Of a stretch of 64,000 nucleotides of DNA, positions 25,339 through 39,236 are shown one piece after another (position 1 is the stretch's first letter; the number at the start of each line of letters is the position of its first letter). Position numbers and translations under genes: made by a program. The notes below the pieces were generated by a model. It was not told the DNA's origin. It did no database searches and saw only the letters and a list, made by a program, of their open reading frames with translations. The DNA comes from Phyllobates terribilis (taxonomy: Eukaryota): assembly GCF_046119375.1 (NCBI RefSeq), contig NW_027362769.1, positions 361,336,001-361,400,000 on the forward strand. Direction: 5' to 3'.

Positions 25339-26600
25339 AGGTACTTACACCGCAATGCTGTGCTCCTTCTTATAATGCAATTCACACTGATTGATCCTCA
25401 TTGCGCATGCGCGTCGCCCTGCACCCCCGGAAGGAATGAATCCACTTCTGGCATTCACCTAGCGCGCACGTCATAGGGAAATCCCATATTGACGTCACGG
25501 ACATGCGCACTAGATATGTTGAAGTCATCAATGGATTCCTCCGTGAGAGTGCAACGCGTATGCGCGGGCCGGTCATCAGAGTCCAATATAAGTTGCGCTG
25601 CAAGAGGAACAAAGGGTAATGCGTGGACATCCCTTCTTAACAGGTACCATATTCAGTATTCAGCTATTCGGGTCCCATACAGCGCAGGGGGTATATAGAT
25701 ATCTTGTATATAACAATAAACAAAAGTATAAAATGTAAAACATGATTACATAATCTTGAAATTATCCAATCTGCATGATGCGGTGAAAACACACCTGAAG
25801 TGAAATGACAAAACCCTAGTGTAAATATATGTGCAATCAGGGTAAAAATCTAAATTAAAATAAAAAATAATAAAATATTACCCCCCATAGACAAGGCAGA
25901 TACAGCAGATATACTTATAGCCCATGTCCTACATAAACCATTGCTGGACCTGGGATAGAAGACACATCTACCGTTTCCCGTTCCTCAATTAATGTGTTAC
26001 AACAATAACACCAGTGTGTGAATAGGTGCTTAGATTAAATTCCTCACTAAAATTCATGAGGAATAATAAGACACAAGAGTGATCTACAACAATGTGAAAA
26101 ATGTTAAAGTAAAGTGATACCACCCTAAAACCCCAAATTTATGGCTTTCGGATGATTCCTAAAGCAAAAAAAGTGTAAGAGAGTGCATGTACCATATGCA
26201 CATACTGACTGCGTAAGCACATGCGAACAAGCACACATTAAATATATGCTTACATGCAGAATTGTCTAGACTATGTCATGCTAAAACCCCACATTGATAT
26301 CACTGTATGGAAGACAATGGATAATTCATAAGAGATAAAAGGGGGGAAAGAGAACTAATAATACATATATAAGATCAATAACGTCCATTAGCACCACTAT
26401 AAATTACTCTTGATGCCACAGTAGGAACATATATTCTCCAATCTTTTACTTCCATTATACAAAAAAGCCTTCCTTAATTTTCAGAGAAAGAATGTACACC
26501 ATCATTCAACATCTTCATCCTCTTTCCAAGACTTGACTTGCAGCATACAAGAAGAACTTAATGAGCACAGCTAAAATCCAAAACACAAACAGAGACAAAC

Positions 26601-27189
26601 TTAATACAAAATTAAATTAAAAACCCACATAAGGACAATTATCTTATAAAAAGGAGCAAAACTAAGTTTTTCATTTAGTCCTGTCGGGGACATGGTGTCT
26701 AAAACAGCAATCCACCTACATTCTTTTTGTGCCAACATGCGTTTCAAATTTTCACCTTCTGATGCCACAGTGCAGGCGGTCAATGCCTCTGACCTTAAGA
26801 AACCGTGGATTACTGCCATGATGGATCAGAAAATGTTTGGGCAGGGTTTTTAACATTGATACATCCTCAGCCTTTTGTGCGTTCAGAATGTCTCTAACAT
26901 GTTCTCGGACGCGAACACGAAGCTGCCTGCTGGTAAGGCCCATATAGATTTTCTGGCAAGGACAAGTAGCATAGTATATCACATATGTGCTTGTGCAAGA
27001 AATGTATTGAATAATATCAAAAGTTTTACTGCCATCAGCAGATTTGAAACTATTACTCCTAATATTCTTTTCTTTGCAGGCCAAACACTCATCACAAGGG
27101 AAACATCCCCATTTTTGCTTACTGTTATTAAGATTTAACGGGTTATTTGTTTTGGCTATATAATGGCTATCTACCAGTATATCCTTCAA
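26601..27189 (-). pseudogene. PLE GIY-YIG endonuclease, frameshifted
   Basis: CDECLAC, VIYYATCPCQKIYMGLTSRQLRVRVREH and ECRWIAVLDTMSPTGLNE motifs. Confidence 0.85.
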
Positions 27190-28800
27190 TTTTTTTCCCT
27201 TTCCTTGATGAGAATAGTGGTGTTTCAGACAGGTGTAACGCTAAGACCGGGTCCGTTTGTAACACTGACCGATGCTTAGAAATAATCTCCTGCATATTCT
27301 TCCACTGACAATTGTAAGTAGAAACGAATCTCATCTCAGGGTTCGTCAGTAAGATCTTCTTGGGTTTAAATAATAGATTTTGTCTAGAAATTTTTTTAGC
27401 TCTAATATATCCGTTTTTGATTATACGATTGCTATAGCCCCTAGATTTAAATCTTTCTCTTAAGTCAACAGCTTGTGATTCAAATTTCTCCTTTGTTGAG
27501 CATATCCGCTTCATCCTGAGGAATTGACCAACCGGGACAGCCCTGATAGTATGATGGGCATGAGCCGACGACGCATGCAATAATGCATTTACTGAAGTGT
27601 CTTTCCTATATACGTCAATCTGGATCATGCCCATACTATCAATTTCGATTTGCACATCCAAAAACTCAATTTTTTGCTTGCGTGCCTTATAGGTTAACTT
27701 AATGTTATATGAGTTACCATTCAACTCCTCCACAAAACATGCCAGTCCAAGTTCGGTTCCTTGCCATATAAATAAGATGTCATCAATATACCTATGCCAA
27801 CAGTGCACCTGGTCAATGGTCGAGACCCCCTCTGTATGAAAGACGGATCTCTCCCAGAGGCCAAGGAACAGGTTGGCATAGGATGGGGCACAAGCCACCC
27901 CCACTGCTGTTCCTCGTTTCTGCAAGAAAAAACGATCCTTGAACACGAACATGTTATGTGTAAGAATGAAATTTAGCAACTCCAAAATTAATTCACAGAT
28001 AGGAGCGTCCCAGTTGGAAGTCCCCAGGAAGAAGCGGACAGCGTTAAGTCCATCCTCATGTGAGATGCACGTATAGAGAGATTCAATATCAGCTGTGACT
28101 AACCACATATCATGTTCCAACCCAATACCATCCATTTTGGACAGGATATCGGTAGTATCCCGGATATATGATGGTAAAGTTTCCACCATAGGTCTCAAAT
28201 AAAATTCAATGAATTTACATACAGGGTCACAAAGTCAGTCAATGCCTGAGACGATGGGTCGTCCCGGTGGATTGACTGGATCCTTGTGAACCTTCGGTAG
28301 CAGGTAGAACGTTGGTATTTTGGGATACTCCACCAATAAACCGTCCAAAACTTTTTTGGTAATTATACCTTCCTCAAACGCTTTCTGAAGTACAGAGTAT
28401 AATTTAGATTTGGGAAGGGAGATGGGGCAATGTGATAACTTTTCGTATGTCACTCGGTCATTTAACTGACGTAAAGCCTCCTTTTCATACTTAGCCACTG
28501 GCCAGATCACAACATTTCCCCCCTTGTCCGCTGCTTTGATCACCACATCATCCCACGATTTTATTTCTTTTAAAGCTCTACGTTGATGAGAGCTCAAGTT
28601 ATCATTGGTTATAAACTTAGATAATTTTTTTAAATCTTCAAGAACCAATTTAGTGAAGATTTCTACTTGTGGGCAAGTGTACTAAGGGGAAAGGTCGTAG
28701 ATCTGGGCATGATAGATTTGGGGAACATACCTGGTCGATCTCCAGATTGTTCTTCTAATAATTCCTCCAAGATTTTTAGAGCTTCATTTTCTGCTGCAGT
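27167..28800 (-). pseudogene. PLE reverse transcriptase, interrupted
   Basis: IKAADKGG, LLPKVHK..PPGRPIVSG, LVTADIESLYT, QKRGTAVG..CAPSYANLF and WHRYIDD motifs; stop at about 28235. Confidence 0.88.
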
Positions 28801-29365
28801 TGTTAATCCTGTCTCACATCCAGTTTTATTATGTAGTTTTTTATTAACTATTTTGTGTGACATCTCTGATTTAAGGGCATAAAAATTAAAATTTTGAAAG
28901 TTGTAGAACTTAACATTTTTGACACATTTCCGTTTTTTCACAAACGCAAGTGATATTGAAGAAGTTTTACCACAATCATGAAGTACAATATGTCACAAAA
29001 AAAACTCAGATTCAGCGGGATCCATTGAAGCGTTCCAGAGTAATTATCTCAAAATGACTGTGATTAGAGTTGTAAAACTTGGCCTGGTAATTAACGTGCA
29101 AACCACCCTCAGGAGTAAAGGGGTTAAGGAGAACCTATCATGGACAAAAAAAAAATAATAATTTTTAAATCAGTTAGCCAATACTAAATTACAGAATACT
29201 GCAGATTATATTGACTACAACATCCAATCAGTTAAGGAAATCGTACAGTAGAGAAAGGATCATGTACACAGATCTATACACAGTCTGGTACACAGGTGTC
29301 AGCAGACCCTAGCGTGGACCATCGCCTGCTATCAGCGGTGCCGGCTCTGATGAGGAGGATGTGGT

Positions 29366-29381
29366 GGCTCTTAGAAGAGCC
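29366..29381 (-). terminator. Histone 3' stem-loop of H2A
   Basis: GGCTCTTCTAAGAGCC followed by ACCAC on the minus strand. Confidence 0.9.
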
Positions 29382-29415
29382 TTTGGTTGTTCGGACAGAT
29401 GTGGAGGAGCGGCGC

Positions 29416-30244
<829 letters not shown>

Positions 30245-30529
30245 NNNNNNNNNNNNNNNNNNNNNNNNNNNNNNNNNNNNNNNNNNNNNNNNNNNNNNNN
30301 NNNNNNNNNNNNNNNNNNNNNNNNNNNNNNNNNNNNNNNNNNNNNNNNNNNNNNNNNNNNNNNNNNNNNNNNNNNNNNNNNNNNNNNNNNNNNNNNNNNN
30401 NNNNNNNNNNNNNNNNNNNNNNNNNNNNNNNNNNNNNNNNNNNNNNNNNNNNNNNNNNNNNNNNNNNNNNNNNNNNNNNNNNNNNNNNNNNNNNNNNNNN
30501 NNNNNNNNNNNNNNNNNNNNNNNNNNNNN
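30245..30529. other. N run of 285 bp
   Basis: Directly visible. Confidence 0.99.
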
Positions 30530-30558
30530 TCCGTCTGCTGCTCCGCCATCACCCCAAA

Positions 30559-30574
30559 GGCTCTTCTAAGAGCC
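30559..30574 (+). terminator. Histone 3' stem-loop of H2B
   Basis: AAA GGCTCTTCTAAGAGCC ACCAC. Confidence 0.92.
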
Positions 30575-30582
30575 ACCACCCC

Positions 30583-32491
30583 GTCTACATCAGAGCTGTG
30601 GCTGCTCCTGTGTCCTCTCCCGTCTACATCAGAGCTGTGGCTGCTCCTGTGTCCTCTCCCGTCTACATCAGAGCTGTGGCTGCTCCTGTGTCCTCTCCCG
30701 TCTACATCAGAGCTGTGGCTGCTCCTGTGTCCTCTCCCGTCTACATCAGAGCTGTGGCTGCTCCTGTGTCCTCTCCCGTCTACATCAGAGCTGTGGCTGC
30801 TCCTGTGTCCTCTCCCGTCTACATCAGAGCTGTGGCTGCTCCTGTGTCCTCTCCCGTCTACATCAGAGCGGTGGCTGCTCCTGTGTCCTCTCCCGTCTAC
30901 ATCAGAGCGGTGGCTGCTCCTGTGTCCTCTCCCGTCTACATCAGAGCGGTGGCTGCTCCTGTGTCCTCTCCCGTCTACATCAGAGCGGTGGCTGCTCCTG
31001 TGTCCTCTCCCGTCTACATCAGAGCGGTGGCTGCTCCTGTGTCCTCTCCCGTCTACATCAGAGCGGTGGCTGCTCCTGTGTCCTCTCCCGTCTACATCAG
31101 AGCGGTGGCTGCTCCTGTGTCCTCTCCCGTCTACATCAGAGCGGTGGCTGCTCCTGTGTCCTCTCCCGTCTACATCAGAGCGGTGGCTGCTCCTGTGTCC
31201 TCTCCCGTCTACATCATAGCTGTGGCTGCTCCTGTGTCCTCTCCCATCTACATCAGAGCTGTGGCTGCTCCTGTGTCCTCTGCCGTCTCCATCAGCTGTG
31301 GCTGCTCCTGTGTCCTCTCTCGTCTCCATCAGAGCTGTGGCTGCTCCTGTGTCCTCTGCCGTCTCCATCAGAGCTGTGGCTGCTCCTGTGTCCTCTCCCG
31401 TCTCCATCAGAGCTGTGGCTGCTCCTGTGTCCTCTCCCGTCTCCATCAGAGCTGTGGCTGCTCCTGTGTCCTCTCCCGTCTCCATCAGAGCGGTGGCTGC
31501 TCCTGTGTCCTCTCCAGTCTCCATCAGAGCTGTGGCTGCTCCTGTGTCCTCTCCCGTCTCCATCAGAGCTGTGGCTGCTCCTGTGTCCTCTCCCGTCTCC
31601 ATCAGAGCTGTGGCTGCTCCTGTGTCCTCTCCCGTCTCCATCAGAGCTGTGGCTGCTCCTGTGTCCTCTCCCGTCTCCATCAGCTGTGGCTGCTCCTGTG
31701 TCCTCTCCCATCTACATCAGAGCGGTGGCTGCTCCTGTGTCCTCTCCCGTCTCCATCAGAGCTGTGGCTGCTCCTGTGTCCTCTCCCGTCTACATCAGAG
31801 CTGTGGCTGCTCCTGTGTGCTCTCCCATCTACATCAGAGCGGTGGCTGCTCCTGTGTCCTCTCCCGTCTCCATCAGAGCTGTGGCTGCTCCTGTGTCCTC
31901 TCCCGTCTACATCAGAGCTGTGGCTGCTCCTGTGTCCTCTCCCGTCTCCATCGGAGCTGTGGCTGCTCCTGTGTCCTCTCCCGTCTACATCGGAGCTGTG
32001 GCTGCTCCTGTGTCCTCTCCCGTCTACATCAGAGCTGTGGCTGCTCCTGTGTCCTCTCCCGTCTACATCAGAGCTGTGGCTGCTCCTGTGTCCTCTCCCG
32101 TCTACATCAGAGCTGTGGCTGCTCCTGTGTCCTCTCCCGTCTCCATCAGAGCTGTGGCTGCTCCTGTGTCCTCTGCCGTCTACATCAGAGCTGTGGCTGC
32201 TCCTGTGTCCTCTCCCGTCTACATCAGAGCTGTGGCTGCTCCTGTGTCCTCTCCCGTCTACATCAGAGCTGTGGCTGCTCCTGTGTCCTCTCCCGTCTAC
32301 ATCAGAGCTGTGGCTGCTCCTGTGTCCTCTCCCGTCTCCATCAGAGCTGTGGCTGCTCCTGTGTCCTCTCCCGTCTACATCAGAGCTGTGGCTGCTCCTG
32401 TGTCCTCTCCCGTCTCCATCAGCTGTGGCTGCTCCTGTGTCCTCTCCCGTCTCCATCAGAGCTGTGGCTGCTCCTGTGTCCTCTCCCGTCT
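30583..32491 (+). repeat. Minisatellite, 39-bp unit (some 37 bp), about 49 copies, each containing the histone downstream element
   Basis: Unit gtctacatcAGAGCTGTggctgctcctgtgtcctctccc; the array begins 8 nt after the H2B stem-loop. Confidence 0.97.
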
Positions 32492-32714
32492 TCCCGATGT
32501 GTCTGGTTTCTCTGCGCAGCCCGGGTCTCTATCACAGGGTAAATAACGGGGAGAATGATAACAAAATGCTGAACAGGCTAAAGGTGACGTCTGATTCTGG
32601 TGTTTGCTTCTTCAGAGCTCAGTGGCACTTTTAGCAATGAAATAATCATTTCTGATGACCGTTCAGTGGTTCGGTTTAATTCAGGATTCTCGCGTTTCTC
32701 CAAATTTAACTTTT

Positions 32715-33130
32715 TCTTTATGTTGTATTTTTCCATCGTGATCTGGAAGGTGAGATTGGTCTGAGTTCTTTTATAGAATATATGGAACAATTCACTTTAC
32801 AGCGGAAGAAGTTACATAATTACGTTTAGATGCTGCAGACATTGCACAATGAGCGGGAAATTTAAACTCCCTAGCAAATCTCTGTTAAGCCAATCAGCAG
32901 AGAAAGGTGCTAAAATGGCCAATGGTTAACAAGTTTGAAGTTCCCGCTCAGTGGCTGATGGCTTTTTCGGTTCTTTGTCTTCATATAACACGTGGTCCCA
33001 GGATTGACCGATATCTGGAAATTTGCTTGTGTTGAGCGATCACTGGTCGCTTACGCCCATACAGGGGTCTGTAGATTTTCAGATTAGAGGAGCAGTATCC
33101 GCTTTCTGTAATACGAGACCCGGGTTCAGC
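32715..33130 (+). repeat. Histone-spacer module, copy A
   Basis: Shares gcgggaaatttaaactcc, gccaatcagcagag, ttgcttgtgttgagcgatcactggtcgctt and cagtatccgctttctgtaatac with other spacer copies. Confidence 0.75.
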
Positions 33131-34589
33131 TTCTCTACGATTTCGTGGATATAAAGAGTGAATCTGCGTTATCCAGATGCTGTGATGTGCCCCGTGTGTC
33201 TGACCTGGAGACGATCAGATCTCCCTTTATCTTCAGGACTTTACATCACAATCCGTATTGTGGCCGACGATATAATGGCCAAGGACACATCCTATAAGAG
33301 ACATTTCATGGAAAGGCTACCCCTACTTTTCCAAGCAAAATCCCACCATATCTCCCGGATCATCTCCCCAGCAGTGTATTCCAGTAATCCATGTACAGAT
33401 CAATTCTACAGCTACAGGCAGGAGGTTTGTGACAGGACATGTACGATCATTACACTCTGTAAGACTCAGGATCCTATAGGTCAGACATGCCGTGAGATGA
33501 GATTCACATCCTCCTCACAGGAGCTTTTTTTGTATAGATTTCTGCTCCTTCACTTGTCCTCCCCCGCTTTATCCAGTGTCAGGACGGGCAGCTCTCAGGC
33601 AATAAATCCACATGTAGAAGCTCCAAGTATGAAGAAGGGGAACAATGAATTCGTAGTAGAGAAATAACCCAATACAATCTCTAGATAAGATCCTCTAATA
33701 CCAGATGTAGTAATGTATAACGAATATAGGGGATCGCGGTGGAGACTATTCAATGCGACAAATTGAGAAACCAAAAACATTAAGACTCAGTCAGAAGTAA
33801 GCATCAATCACTCTGGATAAATAAGCAAACTTGAAGATAGAGAGCCCACAAAATATTAGGTGCAATCAATCCTTTGGAAAGCAAAGTGTTAATATGATAT
33901 GAGATAATCGAAATGCAAAAAGCTCCGATCACAAATCTGACTAAGAAGATGAAGTCTCCCCGGGGAGAAGTGGCCTCTGTGCTGTCAGTGCAGCTGCCGC
34001 CTCTTACAGGTTGTTGTTCCTGCAGGATATGGGGAGATATTAGCGGCTGGGCTCAATCAGGAAGACGGATGAGATGAGATCTTGGTTCTGGATCCTTTTC
34101 TATCATTATTATGGGACAATTGATTGTCCTAATGTAGTTTGTACAAAAGAAAGGAATACGAGGAAGCAAATGGACAGCAGTAAGAGGTGTCTGACATGTG
34201 CAATCTAACACCGGGTCCCAACTCTGCAGCAAAGTCATCAATGAGAGAAAAGGAATCATTGTCTGGAGAAAAGAAAAGACAAATACTCGGGCTATGCTTT
34301 GTTGCTGTGATGAGAGTCACCATTACTAATTGCAATGTTCCTAGTGCCGAAAATATAAAGAGTTGAGCTCCTGCAACTGTAGGAAGAGCCTAGAATAAAG
34401 AGGGAGAGGTTTCATCATTTTTAAATGTAGGTTACTATTCTCTATTGAAACCTATGATAATCTGAGATTATTGAGGATTGGCCTGTATCAGGCTCAGTGT
34501 ATATACAGGGTAAAATATATCCTGTGCTGTTGCCTGTAATATCGGTAGTTGTCACAGCCTGGGAAGATAATATTATAATAGAAGCTGGA

Positions 34590-35116
<527 letters not shown>

Positions 35117-35148
35117 TTGTATTCTCTGCTCCATCCTGACAACCCAAA

Positions 35149-35164
35149 GGCTCTTTTCAGAGCC
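35149..35164 (+). terminator. Histone 3' stem-loop of H4
   Basis: GGCTCTTTTCAGAGCC ACCAC. Confidence 0.95.
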
Positions 35165-36109
35165 ACCACATCTTCTAGATGAGAGGCTACAATCTCCTGT
35201 TGTGGAATAATCCCTGTGCTTGTGTGAATGCCAGTACAAGCTTTATACGCTGTTCAATAGGAATTAATTTGATGACTCCTTATTGAGAAAGACGTTTCAG
35301 AATTCTGGCACTGAAGAGTTATTACCATTAATAGTGTGTTTTTGGAATGATCTAAAGTCTATGAGCGGTTCACTGCGTCCTATACAGGAATCTGTAGATC
35401 TCCCGAGTTATGGAAGCAGTATCCGCTTTCTGTAATACAAGGTACATTCCTGCTCCCATCAGTAGCGATGTTCCGAGTGCTGCTCGGAGAAAACCTTGAA
35501 TGACGGAGTGAAGTTTATTCTCTATGGAGACCTAAGATCCTGTGATTTAGGACTGGGCTTGTATCCGGCTCGGTTTATATGCAGAGTACGATGCCCCCTG
35601 GTCTCTGTATCCTCAGTGGGGGAGAGCTGCCCCCAGACCAGATTGCGATCTCCGCTACATAAAAAGGAGCCGGAAATAATCAGACGGACAAAATACAGCT
35701 ACTGAGCGGGAAACGCAAAACCGCTAACGGATCTGTGATCATCCAATGACCAAAAGACATAGGCAGACGCCGACCACTACCCGATACAGAGGGGTTCCTC
35801 CATTTAACTCCTTAGTGACCATGTGTCTGCTTGTAAACTCCTGAAATATACTGGTGCCTTGTCTGTTCTCTTTGTGCAGCCCCCACTGATTTCTGGAGAT
35901 GTTCTCTCTTACTGGTCTTATGTGGCAGATAATACATATAATGAACTATCGGCGTGGCTCCTGCAGCGTGTGAGATTCATACCCCCACGCAAATTAAATA
36001 CAGTGCAGGCTGTTCTATGTACGGCACACACTGCTTTATATACTTTACAAGCTACTCTAAATACTTTATAAGTTGCTCTATATACTTTAAATGCTGCTTT
36101 TCATACTGT

Positions 36110-36325
36110 ATTGACAACTGTATATACTGTACACACTGCTCTATATACTGTACAGGCTGCTCTATATACTGTACACATTGCTCTATATACTGTACACTGC
36201 TCTATATACTGTACAGGCTGCTCTATATACTGTACACTCTGCTCTATATACTGTACACTGCTCTATATACTGTACAGGCTGCTCTATATACTGTACACAC
36301 TGCTCTATATACTGTACATACTGTT
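36110..36325. repeat. Minisatellite, about 19-21 bp unit (ctgctctatatactgtaca)
   Basis: Visible tandem array. Confidence 0.9.
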
Positions 36326-36645
36326 CTATTATCAGTGACACTTATAAGGCTGCTGATCTGGGCTGTACAGATGTGGAGTTGTGCAGTCTGTGCACTATAT
36401 ACAGATGTGCTCTGTGTATAGAAGCTGCATTTTGTGTCTTCTGTCAGTATTTCACCTTTTGCACAATAGTGGGGTCACATACATACATTAATATCTCACA
36501 GTTATCTCACCGGAGATGTTTATGTGTTTGATTGGGGGATGAGTCGCATTGTGAAGCTGGCGCCTTATCAGAGCTCTTCCCTCCCTTACCTGCTGCAGAG
36601 TCACAGCTTCACACAGGGTCAGACACGATATTACCCAGGTGATTG

Positions 36646-37858
36646 TGTGGCGCCCCTGAAGGTTCGGACCCCACAGAGTTATTGCATCTCACCAAGAGAT
36701 GTGGTACCTCACTCTCAGGTAAGGAAGGAGTATTGCTCAGGAACTTAACACTACATCCACTACACCACATTTCCGGGGGACAGGGCGATAATGCTCCTAC
36801 GTAGAGCACAAGTGTCCCTGATCCCTGGCTTGAGTGGGGGGAACCACCTAGAGAGGGGGAACTAGGTAGTGGATGGGTGGAGGACGTAGATCCTGGGAGC
36901 ACTGTAGTAGGAGGTATAAAAACAAGGAACCATCTTAATTCAGTGTAGTCAGTCAGAGGAGGAAAGTGACAGGAGCAGGGGCTCTGCATGAGCTCTGCTC
37001 CACAGGCAGGCCTAGTTAAGAGGCCTGAGCCTGAAAGGAGTGAAGAGAGGAGAGGGAGCAGGACGGCTCCAGGAATAAGGAGAGAAGTGACCCTAGGGGT
37101 ACGGGCCGTGCAGCAAGCCACCCGTACGCCTGCCGCTGCGAGGAGGTAGGGGGGTCAGGCCAGAAGAAGGGAACCGGGTCCCTCAACCAGCAGAGACTAC
37201 AGGGCTCAACTGGGAACCGGAGGCTGCAGCACTTCAAGTACAGCAAGCCGTCCACACCAGCCACTAGGAAAGTAGCCACATAGGGCCAGGGGACGGAACA
37301 CACGTCGCCCGCCAAGGCCCAAGGACACTGGACAGAGGTGCCGCTACGTGTAAGGTACAAAACGAGAGGCCAGAGAGGACACACTGAAGGGGATCCTGAT
37401 AAATGATCCAGAGATACCTGAGGGTCGACCGTGCCCCTTACTGCGTGAGTACAGGGCGCCGTGGGCTCTTACACTGGCCCTGCAACTGGAACTACTTAAA
37501 CCATGAGTAAAGGATCTGGGACCGCATCATCTGGGCTCTGTGATCATTCTTGCACCGCAACACATTGCACCATCACCACCATCATCCATACAGGCTGCCC
37601 TGAAGCTACACTCTTCCTTTGGGGAGTTACACTACCTTGCTGCACATACCACCAGCTTCAGCGGACTGCTTTGCAACGGCGATTCCCAATAACCGCATTC
37701 CACAGGTGGCGTAGTCGGACTATTTAAACCAGATACACATAGACTACCCCTGGTTTGACCGCCCTGGGTCACGGACCGGGTCGCCGCCACAGTGACTACA
37801 ACCCCCAGCATCTACAAGGTCCGGCTCCGGGTACCCCACGGTCCAGGGGGGCGCGTCA
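36646..37858 (+). mobile_element. Gypsy-type solo LTR
   Basis: TG...CA ends, ATTG 4-bp TSD (36642-36645 and 37859-37862); its 3' end gtaccccacggtccaggggg resembles the LTRs at 55951 and 62872. Confidence 0.9.
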
Positions 37859-38389
37859 ATTGCAATCAGCCCCCTATGTGGATCATCTACTGATGTGGAT
37901 AAGTGTTCACCCCCCAATACTCTGCACATTCGGGGTGTACTTATATTACAGGTCAGGGAGGTGGCAGTCAGCGGAGGCCATCGCCTGTGTTACCCTTCTG
38001 GGCTCTCAGCAGCTCCAGGTCGTCCCCACAACGTACAATCCGCTTCCTGTACGATGTATATTGTAGTAAAGATCCCTGTGATGGTGACAAGAGCCGGGAA
38101 TAGGAGGAACGAGCTCCCGCAGCAGTTTTATCTCCCCGGATACACAGTGATGCGCAGATCGGGAGGACGGCGGCGATGATCCCAGGACCTCCTCTCAGCC
38201 CTTTCCCGGCATCTCTGCTGGTGACGGCTACAAACGGTCAGTGGAGATAATGGAGAAGAGGAAGCGAGGGAGAAAGCGCGCTCTGCTGTCCGGTGTTAGC
38301 CGGCAAAGGGCTTTTATCCAGGGCAGGGAAGCACAAGGGGAGAGCGGAGCTTCACTCGGGATCAGCTAGAAGGAGGCGGTGCCTGTGCT

Positions 38390-38534
38390 CAGTGTCAGCC
38401 AATAGATGCTCAGGACTATGCAGTTCAGCAGCCAATCAGTGAGCAGTAAGCCTGTACATATAACAGGCGCCGCCAGCTCCGGCCTCAGTGTTTTCCTATC
38501 ACGAGATATTTGTGTTCTAGTTCCACAGCACACG
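38390..38534 (+). promoter_or_regulatory. H1 copy 1 promoter and 5' UTR
   Basis: Two CCAAT boxes (near 38399 and 38431) and TATA-like ACATATAA (near 38456). Confidence 0.7.
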
Positions 38535-39190
38535 ATGGCAGAGACCGCACCAGCCGCCGCTCCCCCTCCCGCAGAACCGGCCGCCAAATCCAAGAAGCAG
38601 CCGAAGAAATCCGCCGCCGGGGGTGCCAAGAAAAGCAAGAAACCCTCCGGTCCCGACGTCTCCGATCTGATCGTGAAAGCCGTGTCCGCCTCTAAGGAGC
38701 GCAGTGGGGTGTCTCTGGCCACCCTGAAGAAGTCTCTGTCTGCCGGAGGATACGATGTAGAGAAGAACAACAGCCTCCTGAAGCTGGCCGTCAAGTCTCT
38801 GGTCACAAAGGGCGCCCTCCTCCAGTTGAAGGGCAGCGGCGCCTCCGGGTCCTTCAAGCTGAACAAGAAGCAGCAGGAGACTAAGGACAAAGCGGCCAAG
38901 AAGAAGTCAGCAGCTGCGGCCAAGCCCAAGAAACCCGCTGAAGCCAAGAAAGCTGCCAAGTCTCCGAAGAAGCCAAGAAGGCTCCGACCACGGCCAAGAA
39001 GAGCCCGAAAAAGGCCAAGAAGCCCGCAGCAGCAGCCAAGAAGGCGACCAAGAGCCCCAAGAAGCCAAAGTCCGCCCCGAAGCCCAAGAAGGTGACGAAG
39101 AGTCCAGCTAAGAAGGCGGCCAAACCCAAAGCTGCCAAGAGTCGTGCTAAGAAGGCTGCTAAAGCCAAGAAGCCCGCAGCTAAGAAATAA
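38535..39190 (+). pseudogene. H1: Histone H1 copy 1 with a 1-nt deletion near 38973 (pseudogene or sequencing error)
   Basis: [15 protein letters not shown]..., globular domain [10 protein letters not shown]...[12 protein letters not shown], Lys-rich tail ending aagaaaTAA; length 656 nt. Confidence 0.85.
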
Positions 39191-39220
39191 GCCAAAGGCA
39201 CCCTGTTATTACACCACAAA

Positions 39221-39236
39221 GGCTCTTTTCAGAGCC
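39221..39236 (+). terminator. Histone 3' stem-loop of H1 copy 1
   Basis: GGCTCTTTTCAGAGCC ACCAC. Confidence 0.95.

Larger units (their letters stand above)
24927..28840 (-). mobile_element. Penelope-like (PLE) retroelement, 5'-truncated
   Basis: RT plus GIY-YIG ORFs; flanked by a direct repeat ttattaactatttt (24913-24926 and 28841-28854) read as the TSD. Confidence 0.88.
22840..29123. mobile_element. Large TTAA-targeting piggyBac-like non-autonomous element, copy 1
   Basis: TTAA|cccctttctgacg ... ggagtaaagggg|TTAA; contains a hAT MITE, a short TTAGGG-like tract near 23896-23925 and a Penelope insertion. Confidence 0.85.

Noticed and set aside
28663-28941. 92-aa ORF taken as the Penelope N-terminus
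   Set aside because: The part above 28840 is host transposon sequence beyond the TSD, so the ORF is chimeric.
30583-32491. CRISPR-like appearance of the tandem arrays (also 4180-5100 and 36110-36325)
   Set aside because: Contiguous repeats without unique spacers, no cas genes, eukaryotic context.
33158-33667. 169-aa ORF in the H2B-H4 spacer
   Set aside because: Non-ATG start, no recognisable domain or splice structure.
38406-38534. N-terminal extension of the H1 ORF (MLRTMQF...)
   Set aside because: It spans the CCAAT/TATA promoter; the true start is the MAETAP ATG at 38535.
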